In this document: positions 1 to 9,726 of the stretch, piece after piece
How positions within the stretch are numbered: position 1 is the first letter of the stretch
Layout: every line of letters starts with the position of its first letter
Source of the DNA: Synechocystis sp. PCC 6803 substr. PCC-P
Lineage (GTDB): Bacteria; Cyanobacteriota; Cyanobacteriia; Cyanobacteriales; Microcystaceae
DNA length: 32,000 nt
Direction of reading: 5' to 3'
NCBI RefSeq assembly: GCF_000284455.1
Contig: NC_017039.1
Location: forward strand, 3,150,001-3,182,000
Notes under the pieces: generated by a model
Told to the model about the DNA's origin: nothing
Database searches by the model: none
The model's input: only the letters and a program-made list of their open reading frames with translations
Position numbers and translations under genes: made by a program

Positions 1-66
1 TTTAGCCAATAATTAGCAAACTGATAGGTTGATTAGTTTAATAAATTCAATAAAAATCAATAAAAG

Positions 67-645
67 TTAACTGGAGGCAGCCCGGGGAGTAGTCATCAGA
101 CGACCCACAATAGCTTGGGCATCCAATACCACATACATTACCCCTGGAGGGCTGACCCAAAATCCCCGCACGTAGGGCGCAAGGTCTGAACCAATGCTGG
201 CGGCAGGGGGAGATTGAATTTGATCCGTTTCACACCAGGTAATGTCCTTTACCTCTGTGACCACCAGTCCCAACATCTGGTTGCGTTGACCCGGCGATCG
301 CCTTCGTTGGCTGGGATCAAGGTCGAAGGGGACGCCTCCATTTAAAATGATAACCCGATAGTTGGTACGGGAACCAGATTGGAGGTGCCAAGAGGTTAGC
401 CCTAAAAAAGCGCCAAAATCAATCACCCAGAGCACGTCTCCCCGCCAATTATGAACCCCCATGGTCCAGGAAGGCATGTGGGGAATGGGGGTGATTTGTC
501 CCAGGGGCACCGTCAGAATCTCCGTTAACTGAAACAGAGGCAAAATTAAGTTGGTGTCTGGTTCGAGGGTAAATTGCAAAAACTGCTGGCGGGGGACTTG
601 GATATCACCCAGCATGGTATCAGAGGAAAAGGTGTTGGCTGGCAA
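67..645 (-). CDS. pixI: CheW-like phototaxis signal transduction protein (PixI)
   Basis: 192-aa ORF with CheW-like content (FPLFQLTEILTVPLGQITPIPHMPSWTMGVHNWRGDVLWVIDFGAFLG; LGLVVTEVKDI). Directly downstream of a CheY-like and a PatA-like regulator on the same strand, as in the pixGHI arrangement. Confidence 0.85.
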   Translation of the reverse strand: MPANTFSSDTMLGDIQVPRQQFLQFTLEPDTNLILPLFQLTEILTVPLGQITPIPHMPSWTMGVHNWRGDVLWVIDFGAFLGLTSWHLQSGSRTNYRVIILNGGVPFDLDPSQRRRSPGQRNQMLGLVVTEVKDITWCETDQIQSPPAASIGSDLAPYVRGFWVSPPGVMYVVLDAQAIVGRLMTTPRAASS

Positions 646-782
646 AACAGTTGCTCCTAAAAACCGTCCCAGGGGGGACCGGAAAAATCAATCAGCTTTA
701 GTAACAGCTAATTCGTCCATCGGCTCGGGCATTGGTTAGCCGGAAAAAATTAACCGGAAAGAAAGCATGGGGGATATAAAGT

Positions 783-1142
783 TCAGATAAATTGCTTGAT
801 TACCGTGTTGAACTCCTCTTGGTCAATGGGTTTAGTAATATAGGCGTCCGCCCCTTGGCGTTTGCCCCAAAATTTATCCATATCCGTGGCCTTAGTGGAA
901 CAGAGGATTATTGGAATACTTTTAGTCCGGTCTTTGTCTTTCAATTCTCGACAAATTTCAAAACCACTGCGCCCCGGCAGCACAATATCTAAGATAATTA
1001 CGTCCGGCACTGCCTGGGAAAGTTTTTCCAGGGCTTCTTCTCCACTGATGGCGGTGGTGACGTTAATGCCTAGTTTCTGACAAAAATCACTGATAATTGA
1101 ACGTTCTGTAGAGGAATCGTCAATAACAAGTGCGCTGCCCAT
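783..1142 (-). CDS. pixH: CheY-like single-domain response regulator (PixH)
   Basis: 119-aa receiver domain: phosphoacceptor context DVIILDIVLPGRSG, conserved T/K (IILCSTKATD; AYITKPID). Located between pixG-like and pixI-like ORFs. Confidence 0.85.
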   Translation of the reverse strand: MGSALVIDDSSTERSIISDFCQKLGINVTTAISGEEALEKLSQAVPDVIILDIVLPGRSGFEICRELKDKDRTKSIPIILCSTKATDMDKFWGKRQGADAYITKPIDQEEFNTVIKQFI

Positions 1143-1279
1143 AATGTTGCCTCAGTGCTTAATTAGTCGAAAAGTGAACGGTAAATAGTAAACAGTTATA
1201 GATCCTAAACCAAACCGCAAAAGTATTGGCCTGGAATCAAGGGAGACTCCACAATTTTCCGGGGCCTCCTTGGGTCAAG

Positions 1280-2488
1280 TTATTCCGCTGGCAGCGATGC
1301 CTGGTCATGGAGATGTTTTTTAATAGTCTGCAAAACCATGTCCGGGTTGACGGGCTTACTTAAAAAATCTGTGGAGCCGACCATTTTGGCCCGCACTCGG
1401 TCAACAATGCCATCATTGCCGGTGAGGATGACAATGGGAGTACTTTTGAAGATGGACAATTTACGCAATTGCCCACAAATTTCGTAGCCATTGGCGTTGG
1501 GCATGACCAAATCGAGGAAAATCAAATCCGGCTTCCGGGCCAGAAGAATGGCGATCGCCCGTAGGGGATCATTGATTCCTACAAACCGATAATTGGCTGT
1601 AGTAAGAATTTTTTCCATGGTTTGGCAGATCAAAGGACTGTCATCCACACAGGCGATCAGGGGACCACTGGGCACATCAGGCTGAGCCACCACGCCCCTC
1701 ACTGGGGGCGCAATGGGCGGGGGCAAATCGGGAATTTTAATCAATTCCACCAACCCCAACTGTAGATAGGGCAACAAAGAAGTGGTCACACTCAGCACAT
1801 CTCGCTTCATCCGCACCGACAAGTCCCGAAGGGACTGATTACCATCCAGCAACTGTTTGAGGGTTTGGTATACCTGGGGAGTGGTGCGTTGCTGTAACTG
1901 TTCCGCCTGACGAATGATAGGGGCCGCATTGGGGGAGCGGTCTGCAATCTTGGCCCCCTGCCATTTGCTCCATAACTGCTGGGATTCCGCAATCATCTGA
2001 TCCGCGTCAATCAGCACCAGCCTAGTGGAAAGCAAATTATCCTGGCGTAGATCACAGGCCACTTCCATGGATTGGGTAATGTCAAACAGTACTTCCACCA
2101 CCGTGGCCCGAATCAGCCGAGCGGCCTGCTCCCTGGTAACTTTCTGCTGAGCTACCCAGTGGCAGAGCAGTTGATATTCCCAGCAAATTTGTAAATCTTG
2201 GGGATCAATGCTGGCCAAATCGGTTTGCACCGAGGCCAGGTTGGCGGCAATGGGGGGCAGATAGGAAGCAATTTGTCGGCGCCAACGGCGGACGGAGTGA
2301 ATCCCCCCGGTGGCATACATGATCCGACCCATGTAGAGATAAAAAGACCATTTCTCCCCCGTTGCACTGGAGAGGATTAGTTGGCCGCTAAAACGGGGTT
2401 GCTTCAGTCCATCAAAGAAACTGGCCTGCCTGGAGGCAGTAAATTCCTGAATTGGAACTGAGTGGGAGGAGGGGGTGGGAGCTGTCAT
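1280..2488 (-). CDS. pixG: PatA-like response regulator with N-terminal DUF4388/PatA domain and C-terminal receiver domain (PixG)
   Basis: 402-aa ORF. N-terminus FSGQLILSSATGEKWSFYLYMGRIMYATGG is PatA-like; C-terminus ACVDDSPLICQTMEKIL...LIFLDLVMPNANGYEIC...LTGNDGIVDRVRAKMVGSTDFLSKPV is a receiver domain. Confidence 0.85.
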   Translation of the reverse strand: MTAPTPSSHSVPIQEFTASRQASFFDGLKQPRFSGQLILSSATGEKWSFYLYMGRIMYATGGIHSVRRWRRQIASYLPPIAANLASVQTDLASIDPQDLQICWEYQLLCHWVAQQKVTREQAARLIRATVVEVLFDITQSMEVACDLRQDNLLSTRLVLIDADQMIAESQQLWSKWQGAKIADRSPNAAPIIRQAEQLQQRTTPQVYQTLKQLLDGNQSLRDLSVRMKRDVLSVTTSLLPYLQLGLVELIKIPDLPPPIAPPVRGVVAQPDVPSGPLIACVDDSPLICQTMEKILTTANYRFVGINDPLRAIAILLARKPDLIFLDLVMPNANGYEICGQLRKLSIFKSTPIVILTGNDGIVDRVRAKMVGSTDFLSKPVNPDMVLQTIKKHLHDQASLPAE

Positions 2489-2737
2489 TTAATCAAAGGA
2501 AGAGGCAGGTCAACAGCAGGAGGGGGGCATATCTATAGCTTGCCCTGAAAGGGGTATGGGTCGCCAAAGTACGCAAGAAAACTTCATCGACCTCACCGAG
2601 GGGACTTTGGCAAAAGCTTTTGTATTAACCATTATCGCACAAGATTAAATAGGATTACCAGGATTGATCCCTGCCATCAACGGTGTAAATGCGGTACAAA
2701 AAGGAGACAGTTACTAAGGCAAACTTCTCCAGCCACC

Positions 2738-4492
2738 ATGCTCCCTACTCTCCCCCATCTGCACTACCAAGTGGCGATGCCAACGCCCCAGACCCACTAC
2801 TTCACCGTGGATTTGCATATTCAAGGCTTCACTGCTTCTGTACTAGAACTGAAATTTCCCGTCTGGACACCAGGGTCCTATCTGGTAAGGGAATATGAGC
2901 GCCATTTGCAGGACTTCCAAGCTCAAGGTCTCAGCAACGGCGAATATTTAGAGCACCAAAAGTTGGGTAAGGCCCATTGGGCCATTGCCTGTGGAGAGGA
3001 AGAAAATATTGCCATTTCCTATCGCATTTATGCCGATGAACTAACCGTAAGAACCAATCATTTGGATTATAGTCATGGTTTCTTCACCGGGGCAGCATTG
3101 TTTTTCTACTTGCCAGGACATACCCACAGGCCTCTAGCCTTGACCGTTGTTCCTCCCGAACCGGCTTGGGCGATCGCCACGGCCCTGCCCTGTAAGGCAA
3201 CGGATTCAACTACGGGAGCCAAAACTTTCTATGCCCAGGACTTTGACACGTTGGTAGATAGCCCGGTGGAAGTGGGGATTCATCGGGATTACGCCTTTGA
3301 AACCCAGGGTAAGGAGCACCACTTTGTGGTTTGGGGTGAAAGTAATTTGAATGGGGAACAGTTAGTTAGAGATACGGAAAAAATCATCGCCGTTGAAGCA
3401 GGACTATTTGGGAATTTACCCTACGACCATTACTGGTTCATTCTCCACACTTCTAACCAGGGCTATGGCGGCTTAGAGCATAAAGATTCCTGTGTGCTGA
3501 ACTATGACCGCTTTGGCTTTCGAGATCCGGAAAAATACCAACGGTTTTTGCAACTGGTGGCCCACGAATTTTTCCATCTTTGGAATATTAAGCGTATTCG
3601 TCCCATCGCTTTGGAGAAATTTGACTACGACCAGGAAAATTACACCCCTTCCCTCTGGTTTTCCGAAGGCACCACCAGTTACTATGACCTGCTCATTCCC
3701 CTCAGGGCAGAAATTTACGATCGCCAGACCTATTTAAAAAATTTGGGCAAGGAGATTACCCGTTACCTAAAGACCCTAGGGCGCTTGGTGCAACCTTTGG
3801 CGGAATCTAGTTTTGACGCTTGGATCAAACTCTATCGTCGGGATGCCAACAGTGATAATAGCCAAATGTCCTATTACCTCAAGGGGGAATTGGTAACATT
3901 AATGCTGGATTTACTGATTCGGGAACGACACCAAAACCAGCGTTCCTTTGATGATGTTTTGCGAGCAATGTGGCAAGAATTTGGGCGGGAAGAAATTGGT
4001 TTTACCCCGGAACAATTGCAGGCAGTAATTTCCAGGGTGGCGGACACGGACTTAACTGAATTTTTCCATACCTATCTCCACACCACGGCGGAACTTCCCC
4101 TCAATGATTATTTGCAACCCTTTGGCTTGGTTATTAAGCCCATGCAGGAAGATTTAACTCCCTATTTGGGCATTAAGGTTAAATCCGAGGCCGGCCAGGA
4201 AAAAATTACCTTTGTGGCGGCCCATTCCCCCGCCGCCATGGCTGGCATTAGCCCCCAGGACTTGTTACTGGCCATCAATGGTGTACGGGTTGGGGCCGAA
4301 CAGCTTTCCCTGCGGCTGAAAGACTACCAAGCCAATGATATGATTCAGTTAACGGTGTTTCATCAGGATCTTTTGCGAACGGTGGATGTGGTGTTGGCAT
4401 CTCCCCAAGCAAACCGTTATGAAGTGGTGCCCATAGCCGACCCCTCGGACAGCCAACTTCAAAATCTGGCGGGCTGGCTAGGTGAATCCTAA
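2738..4492 (+). CDS. M61 glycyl-aminopeptidase-like metallopeptidase with C-terminal PDZ domain
   Basis: 584-aa ORF with zinc motif VAHEFFHLWNIKRIRP (HExxH), WFSEGTTSYYDLL, and a PDZ-like segment AAMAGISPQDLLLAINGVRV. Confidence 0.85.
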   Translation: MLPTLPHLHYQVAMPTPQTHYFTVDLHIQGFTASVLELKFPVWTPGSYLVREYERHLQDFQAQGLSNGEYLEHQKLGKAHWAIACGEEENIAISYRIYADELTVRTNHLDYSHGFFTGAALFFYLPGHTHRPLALTVVPPEPAWAIATALPCKATDSTTGAKTFYAQDFDTLVDSPVEVGIHRDYAFETQGKEHHFVVWGESNLNGEQLVRDTEKIIAVEAGLFGNLPYDHYWFILHTSNQGYGGLEHKDSCVLNYDRFGFRDPEKYQRFLQLVAHEFFHLWNIKRIRPIALEKFDYDQENYTPSLWFSEGTTSYYDLLIPLRAEIYDRQTYLKNLGKEITRYLKTLGRLVQPLAESSFDAWIKLYRRDANSDNSQMSYYLKGELVTLMLDLLIRERHQNQRSFDDVLRAMWQEFGREEIGFTPEQLQAVISRVADTDLTEFFHTYLHTTAELPLNDYLQPFGLVIKPMQEDLTPYLGIKVKSEAGQEKITFVAAHSPAAMAGISPQDLLLAINGVRVGAEQLSLRLKDYQANDMIQLTVFHQDLLRTVDVVLASPQANRYEVVPIADPSDSQLQNLAGWLGES

Positions 4493-4587
4493 TGCCCTGG
4501 AAAACACGGGTAGCACACTATTCCCCTTTGGATGACCGGGGTTAAGTCCAGGGAGTAGGGAGTACAAGTCTTTTTTTTGATTTTCTG

Positions 4588-5505
4588 ATGCACAAGTTTT
4601 TGCCGATCGCCTACTTTGAAGATAAGTTTGTCCCGTTTGAGGATGCCAAAATTTCCGTTGCTACCCATGCCCTCCACTATGGGACGGCGGCCTTTGGGGG
4701 TTTGCGGGGTATTCCCGACCCGGAAGATCCGGGCACCATTCTACTATTCCGTCTGGACCGCCATGGCGATCGCCTGAGTAAGAGTGCCAAGTTTTTGCAC
4801 TACGACATCAGTGCAGAAAAAATCAAGGAAGTTATTGTTGATTTTGTTAAGAAAAATCAGCCCGATAAATCCTTTTACATCCGTCCATTGGTGTACAGTT
4901 CCGGTTTGGGCATTGCCCCCCGTTTGCACAATCTGGAGAAGGATTTCCTGGTTTATGGCTTGGAAATGGGGGATTACCTCGCCGCCGACGGAGTTAGCTG
5001 CCGTATCAGTTCCTGGTATCGCCAAGAAGACCGGAGTTTTCCCCTAAGGGGCAAAATCAGCGCCGCCTACATTACCTCTGCTTTGGCTAAAACGGAAGCG
5101 GTGGAATCGGGCTTTGATGAGGCTATTTTGATGAATTCCCAAGGTAAGGTCTGTGAAGCCACCGGCATGAATGTTTTCATGGTACGGAATGGGCAAATTG
5201 TTACCCCCGGCAATGAGCAGGACATCCTCGAAGGGATTACTAGGGATAGTATTCTCACCATTGCAGCGGATTTGGGCATTCCCACCTGCCAACGCCCCAT
5301 CGATAAATCGGAATTGATGATTGCCGACGAGGTATTTTTGAGTGGTACTGCGGCCAAAATCACCCCGGTTAAAAGGATTGAGAACTTTACCCTGGGCGGC
5401 GATCGCCCGATTACAGAAAAGTTACGCTCCGTGTTGACAGCGGTGACGGAAAACCGGGAACCCAAATATCAAGATTGGGTATTTAAAATTCCTTTGAATG
5501 GCTAA
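4588..5505 (+). CDS. ilvE: Branched-chain amino acid aminotransferase (fold type IV PLP enzyme)
   Basis: 305-aa ORF with HALHYGTAAFGGLRG, SSGLGIAP, EAILMNSQGKVCEATGMNVFMV, EVFLSGTAAKITPV, typical of IlvE. Confidence 0.9.
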   Translation: MHKFLPIAYFEDKFVPFEDAKISVATHALHYGTAAFGGLRGIPDPEDPGTILLFRLDRHGDRLSKSAKFLHYDISAEKIKEVIVDFVKKNQPDKSFYIRPLVYSSGLGIAPRLHNLEKDFLVYGLEMGDYLAADGVSCRISSWYRQEDRSFPLRGKISAAYITSALAKTEAVESGFDEAILMNSQGKVCEATGMNVFMVRNGQIVTPGNEQDILEGITRDSILTIAADLGIPTCQRPIDKSELMIADEVFLSGTAAKITPVKRIENFTLGGDRPITEKLRSVLTAVTENREPKYQDWVFKIPLNG

Positions 5506-5561
5506 TTTTTCCTGGCAAGATTAGCGCCTTTAAACTGAACTTAAAGAATTAGAGTTAACCC

Positions 5562-5876
5562 ATGTTGGATCAAAGCCAAGTTCAAAAAATTGCCCACCTG
5601 GCCCGTTTGGAAATTACCCCGGAGGAAGAAAGTCAATTTGCTTCCCAGTTGAGCAGCATTTTGGACTACTTTGACCAATTGAACGAACTGCCCACCGAAG
5701 GAGTGGAACCCACCACCAGGGCGATCGAGTTGAGCAACATTGTCCGGGGCGATCGCCAAATCAGTTGGGACGGAGACAATGCGGCCACCACCCGCCAAGC
5801 TCTGCTAGATAACGCCCCGGAACCGGAGGGAGACTTTTTTCGAGTCCCCCGTATTATGGGCGGTGACGAAGCTTAA
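5562..5876 (+). CDS. gatC: Aspartyl/glutamyl-tRNA amidotransferase subunit C
   Basis: 104-aa ORF with [46 protein letters not shown], classic GatC. Confidence 0.93.
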   Translation: MLDQSQVQKIAHLARLEITPEEESQFASQLSSILDYFDQLNELPTEGVEPTTRAIELSNIVRGDRQISWDGDNAATTRQALLDNAPEPEGDFFRVPRIMGGDEA

Positions 5877-5933
5877 TTTAGTCTAGTCACCAGGTGGAGA
5901 TTAACTTTTTTTCCCGTTGGTTGATCAACTTGT

Positions 5934-6944
5934 CTAGGGAGCCTGCCAAATTTTTTCGTGGTAGGCCGTGGGCTCGATGTAAGTATCGACCCATTCCCCG
6001 TGACTGTGGCCGTGGTCGTGACCATGATGGTGATGTCCGTGGCCGTGATCATGACCATGGCCCTGATTTTTAAAAGCGAGGCGAAACTTACAGGCCTCAC
6101 AATTCATCGCCACCTGTCCCAATTGGGTTTCAATTTCCCGTTCCCGCACCAACGCCAATAACTCCGGTTGAATGCCCATTTCCGACAGGGATTGAATTTC
6201 AATCTCGGGAAAAGTGGCCCGTTGCTCCTCAGTGATGGTGAAAATTTTCTTCACCAAGGCACCCATAAACAAAAAGTAGGGCAAAACAATAATCCGCTTG
6301 GGTTGATATAACCTCGCCCGACGGAACCCTTCTTCTAAGCGGGGATGGCTAATGCCAATGAAACAGGTTTCTACAGTTTGGTAGCCACTGCCTTCCCAGA
6401 GCATGCGGGCCATTTTATACACATCACCGTTGGCATCGGGATCACTGGAACCCCGACCCACAAACAACAGCACCGTATCTTGGCGGTCAATGCCCTGGGG
6501 ATTGGCTTCGGGACTATCCAATTGATTCAACCGTGCTTTCCACAAATCAAGAATGGCTGGGGTAATGCCAAAATGACGACCGTAGAAAAAATTGATCTGG
6601 GGATGGGCTTGGCGACTGCGGTCTAACTCATTGGTGACATCGAATTTGTTATGGCGGGCCGCAAAGAGCAAAATGGGCAGAGCGGAAATTTCCTCAAAGC
6701 CCTGGTCTACACATTGCTGCACCCCGGCCTGGATATTGGGTTCCGTCAACTCCAAAAAACAGGGGATCACCGGGCGGGAATGGTCTAATGCTTGGTACTG
6801 GGCCACAAAATCTAAAAATGTTTGGCGACCGTCTTCGTCCCTAGTGCCATGGCCAATCATCAGTAGGGGTCTGTGATAGGGAAGGGGGGGAAGCTCAAGT
6901 TCAGGAAAAAGGGAAACAGGGGCGGGCACACTGGTTAAGGTCAT
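5934..6944 (-). CDS. cbiX: Sirohydrochlorin cobalto/ferrochelatase CbiX, long form with MxCxxC segment and His-rich C-terminus
   Basis: 336-aa ORF with [17 protein letters not shown] and [27 protein letters not shown] (two CbiX halves), [12 protein letters not shown] (possible Fe-S ligand motif) and [21 protein letters not shown]. Confidence 0.88.
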
Positions 6945-7177
6945 TAGAATGATGGACTGATAAATAACAAAAAAATCGAGCTAGGCCCACTGAATCCAAG
7001 GCAGTTCAGGGGATTGCTGGAGAAGGACCACAACGGATAACATCCAGACCTAGACTAGACCGCCGACATAGAAATTGCGGTAAGTTGATTGGGCGGATTT
7101 GACCCCAGCCATGGCTCATTATGCCAGGGTTGCTTGGTACTGGACTATGCCCAGGGAGAGCATCAGCACCGCTAAGC

Positions 7178-8479
7178 TCAACTGTTTTCCACTGGAGCAA
7201 AGATGTTTAAGCTTTTGGGCAGGCATTTAACCTCCACTGGAGTAGTACCAATGATTTCACCGTCAACGACAATTTTTTGCGGGGGACTGGTGGTCACTTT
7301 AATGCTTTCTCCATAGAGATGCAGCACGTTTTCATTATCGCTGGGATTTTTCGACAGGGCAGAAGTGAACAGGTTAGTTACTACCTGCAGACCCTGTAAT
7401 GCCGTTTGACTACTGGCCACGGTGATGTCGAGCAACCCATCGGTGAAGGATACCTGCCCTGCTCCCTGGGCAAACACAGAAGTGGGAGGGGCCGCATTGG
7501 CGATCGTAATGGCGCTAGCTTCCATGGTGGTGGTTTCTGAGTCAATTTCGATGTGGGCTTCAAACAACTCCTGTTCCCTGGCCTGTTGAATGCCAGCAAA
7601 AATGTAGGCCATCACCCCCAGATTATTTTTCAGTTCCCGGTCTGCTTTTTCCACCATTTCCGCCTCAAAGCCGACCCCGGCCAACAGGAGCATGGGAATG
7701 TCGTTACACAGGGCCGTATCCACCACTTTGGTGATGCCCCGGTTGATGGTTTGGCAGGCTCCAGGGATTTGGGTGGGAATGCCCAGGGCAACGGAAAAAG
7801 CATTGGCGGTACCCCGGGGGATAATGCCCAAGGGAATGCCGGTGTTGACGAGGGCCGCCGCTACGCCGGATACGGTGCCATCACCGCCGGAGGCAATGAT
7901 AAAGCTATCTCCTTCCCCGTCCGATTGTTCGTTGGCCTGCTTGATTCGCTTAACAATTTCCTTGGCTTGGTCGGTGACGTTGACTTCGGCACTGGTGAAA
8001 GTAATTTTGAGATTAATTTCCGACTGTAAATGCTCTTTGATTAAATCTAGCTCCCGCTCCACATTGCCCTGGCCTGCCACGGGATTAAAAATTAGATGGC
8101 CAGTTTTAGTTTTACCCAATAGTTTAATCACTGCTTTGGCGGTGGCTAAATTAATAGCTAGGGGAACGTTGTACACTTCACAAAGCCTTAACAGGGTCCG
8201 GATGTCCGGCTCGTGGGGTTGAGCATAGAGAGGGTCAATCAAAAAAATGACGGCAGCAATGGTCCCATCGATGATTTGGGTGGCAATTTGGGTGTCCCCC
8301 CCCAGGGGGCCAGAAAAAACAGTATCCACGGCCAAGCCGGTTTTGTTCCTCACTAATTCCCCTGTTTGACCGGTGGCGATGAGGTCATAGCGAGAGAAAA
8401 GGGATTTATGCTGTTGGACAAAATTAACCAGAGCGTCTTTTTTGTTGTCGTGGGCGATAAGGGCTATATGGGCAGCCAT
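7178..8479 (-). CDS. Fusion protein: N-terminal methylglyoxal synthase domain plus C-terminal YegS/DAG-kinase-like lipid kinase
   Basis: 433-aa ORF. N-terminus HIALIAHDNKKDALVNFVQQHKSLFSRYDLIATGQTGELV...SGPLGGDTQIATQII resembles MgsA; from about aa 128, LIFNPVAGQGNVERELDLIKEHL...ASGGDGTVSGVAAALVNTGIPLGIIPRGTANAFSVALGIP is the lipid kinase GGDGT/PRGTAN signature. Confidence 0.88.
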   Translation of the reverse strand: MAAHIALIAHDNKKDALVNFVQQHKSLFSRYDLIATGQTGELVRNKTGLAVDTVFSGPLGGDTQIATQIIDGTIAAVIFLIDPLYAQPHEPDIRTLLRLCEVYNVPLAINLATAKAVIKLLGKTKTGHLIFNPVAGQGNVERELDLIKEHLQSEINLKITFTSAEVNVTDQAKEIVKRIKQANEQSDGEGDSFIIASGGDGTVSGVAAALVNTGIPLGIIPRGTANAFSVALGIPTQIPGACQTINRGITKVVDTALCNDIPMLLLAGVGFEAEMVEKADRELKNNLGVMAYIFAGIQQAREQELFEAHIEIDSETTTMEASAITIANAAPPTSVFAQGAGQVSFTDGLLDITVASSQTALQGLQVVTNLFTSALSKNPSDNENVLHLYGESIKVTTSPPQKIVVDGEIIGTTPVEVKCLPKSLNIFAPVENS

Positions 8480-8544
8480 GGTGTTTCCAGATGGTGGAGT
8501 GGAGAGTTGAAGCGTTACCTTAAATTCACAGGTTCAGATTCACA

Positions 8545-9714
8545 ATGGTAATGGAAACAGCCTTTAGCCGTATGGATTTGGTTCAGTCTCCGGTTATTCC
8601 CGTGGTTGGACAGTGGATTGTCGATTCCCCCGGTACGATTTCCCTGGGCCAAGGGGTGGCTTTTTATCCTCCCCCTAACGAGGTGGCCGTGGCGGTGCGG
8701 GAAAGTCTGGAGCAAACTCCTCTGCATCAGTATCAGCCAGTGGCGGGCATACCAAGCCTAATTTCTGCTTTAACGGAAAAGTTGCGACGGGATAACGATA
8801 TTAACCTGTCTTCCGACCAAGCTGTGGTAGTAACGGCTGGGGCCAATATGGGTTTTTTAAATGCAGTGCTAGCCATTACGGAGGTGGGAGATGAAATCAT
8901 TCTCAATACGCCGTACTACTTCAACCATGAAATGGCGGTCAGAATTGCGGGGTGTCAGCCGGTGTTGGTGCCCACTGATGATCAATATCAACTCCAACTG
9001 GACCTCATTGCCCAGGCGATCGCCCCCCGGACTAGGGCGGTGGTGACCATTTCGCCTAATAATCCCACCGGGGCCATTTATCCAGAGGCAGATTTGCGGG
9101 CGGTGAACCAACTGTGCCAGGAGCGGGGTATCTACCACATCCACGACGAGGCCTACGATTATTTTGCCTACGACCAGACTCCGATTTTCTCCCCTGAGGC
9201 CATGGGGGATAGTGGAGGCCATACCATTTCCCTCTACAGCTTTTCGAAGGCCTATGGCATGGCCGGTTGGCGGGTCGGCTATATGGTCATTCCCCTGGAA
9301 CTATTGCTAGCGGTCAAAAAAATTCAGGATACCAATCTGATCTGCCCGGTGGTGGTTTCCCAATATGCCGCCCTTGCTTGCTTACGGGTGGGCAAGAATT
9401 ATTCAGCCCAATTTTTACCGGAGATGGCTGCCTGTCGCCAGCAACTATTAGAAACCCTAGGTCAATTGTCTGACTATTGTCGTTTAGTGGTGCCCCAGGG
9501 GGCTTTTTACTGTTTGCTGGAAGTTAATAGCCCCTTGACGGATTTAGAGCTAGTGAAAAGGTTAATTGATGAATTTAAGGTGGCGGTGCTACCAGGTTCC
9601 ACCTTTGGCGTGGATTCGGGTTGCTATCTCCGTATTGCCTATGGTGCTCTGCGGCAGGCCACGGCTAGCGTTGCCATTGCCAGACTGGAGCAGGGTCTAA
9701 AAAGTATCTGTTGA
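8545..9714 (+). CDS. Class I/II PLP-dependent aminotransferase (aspartate aminotransferase-like)
   Basis: 389-aa ORF with AVVVTAGANMGFLNAVL, TISPNNPTGAIYP, HDEAYDYFAYD, SLYSFSKAYGMAGWRVGYMV (PLP lysine). Alternative start at M10 (8572). Confidence 0.88.
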   Translation: MVMETAFSRMDLVQSPVIPVVGQWIVDSPGTISLGQGVAFYPPPNEVAVAVRESLEQTPLHQYQPVAGIPSLISALTEKLRRDNDINLSSDQAVVVTAGANMGFLNAVLAITEVGDEIILNTPYYFNHEMAVRIAGCQPVLVPTDDQYQLQLDLIAQAIAPRTRAVVTISPNNPTGAIYPEADLRAVNQLCQERGIYHIHDEAYDYFAYDQTPIFSPEAMGDSGGHTISLYSFSKAYGMAGWRVGYMVIPLELLLAVKKIQDTNLICPVVVSQYAALACLRVGKNYSAQFLPEMAACRQQLLETLGQLSDYCRLVVPQGAFYCLLEVNSPLTDLELVKRLIDEFKVAVLPGSTFGVDSGCYLRIAYGALRQATASVAIARLEQGLKSIC

Positions 9715-9726
9715 TTTAGTTCAGGT

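Noticed and set aside
5067-5465. 132-aa minus-strand ORF
   Set aside because: Fully antisense to ilvE, with no family signature; a codon-bias shadow ORF.
5997-6064. Alternating purine/pyrimidine-rich tract read as a tandem DNA repeat or CRISPR-like array
   Set aside because: It is the coding sequence of the CbiX His-rich tail; there are no regular spacers.
7553-8029. 158-aa plus-strand ORF opposite the MgsA/lipid-kinase gene
   Set aside because: Fully antisense to a strongly supported gene and lacks recognisable domain content. The overlapping 7381-7599 and 7692-8222 ORFs are the same kind of shadow.
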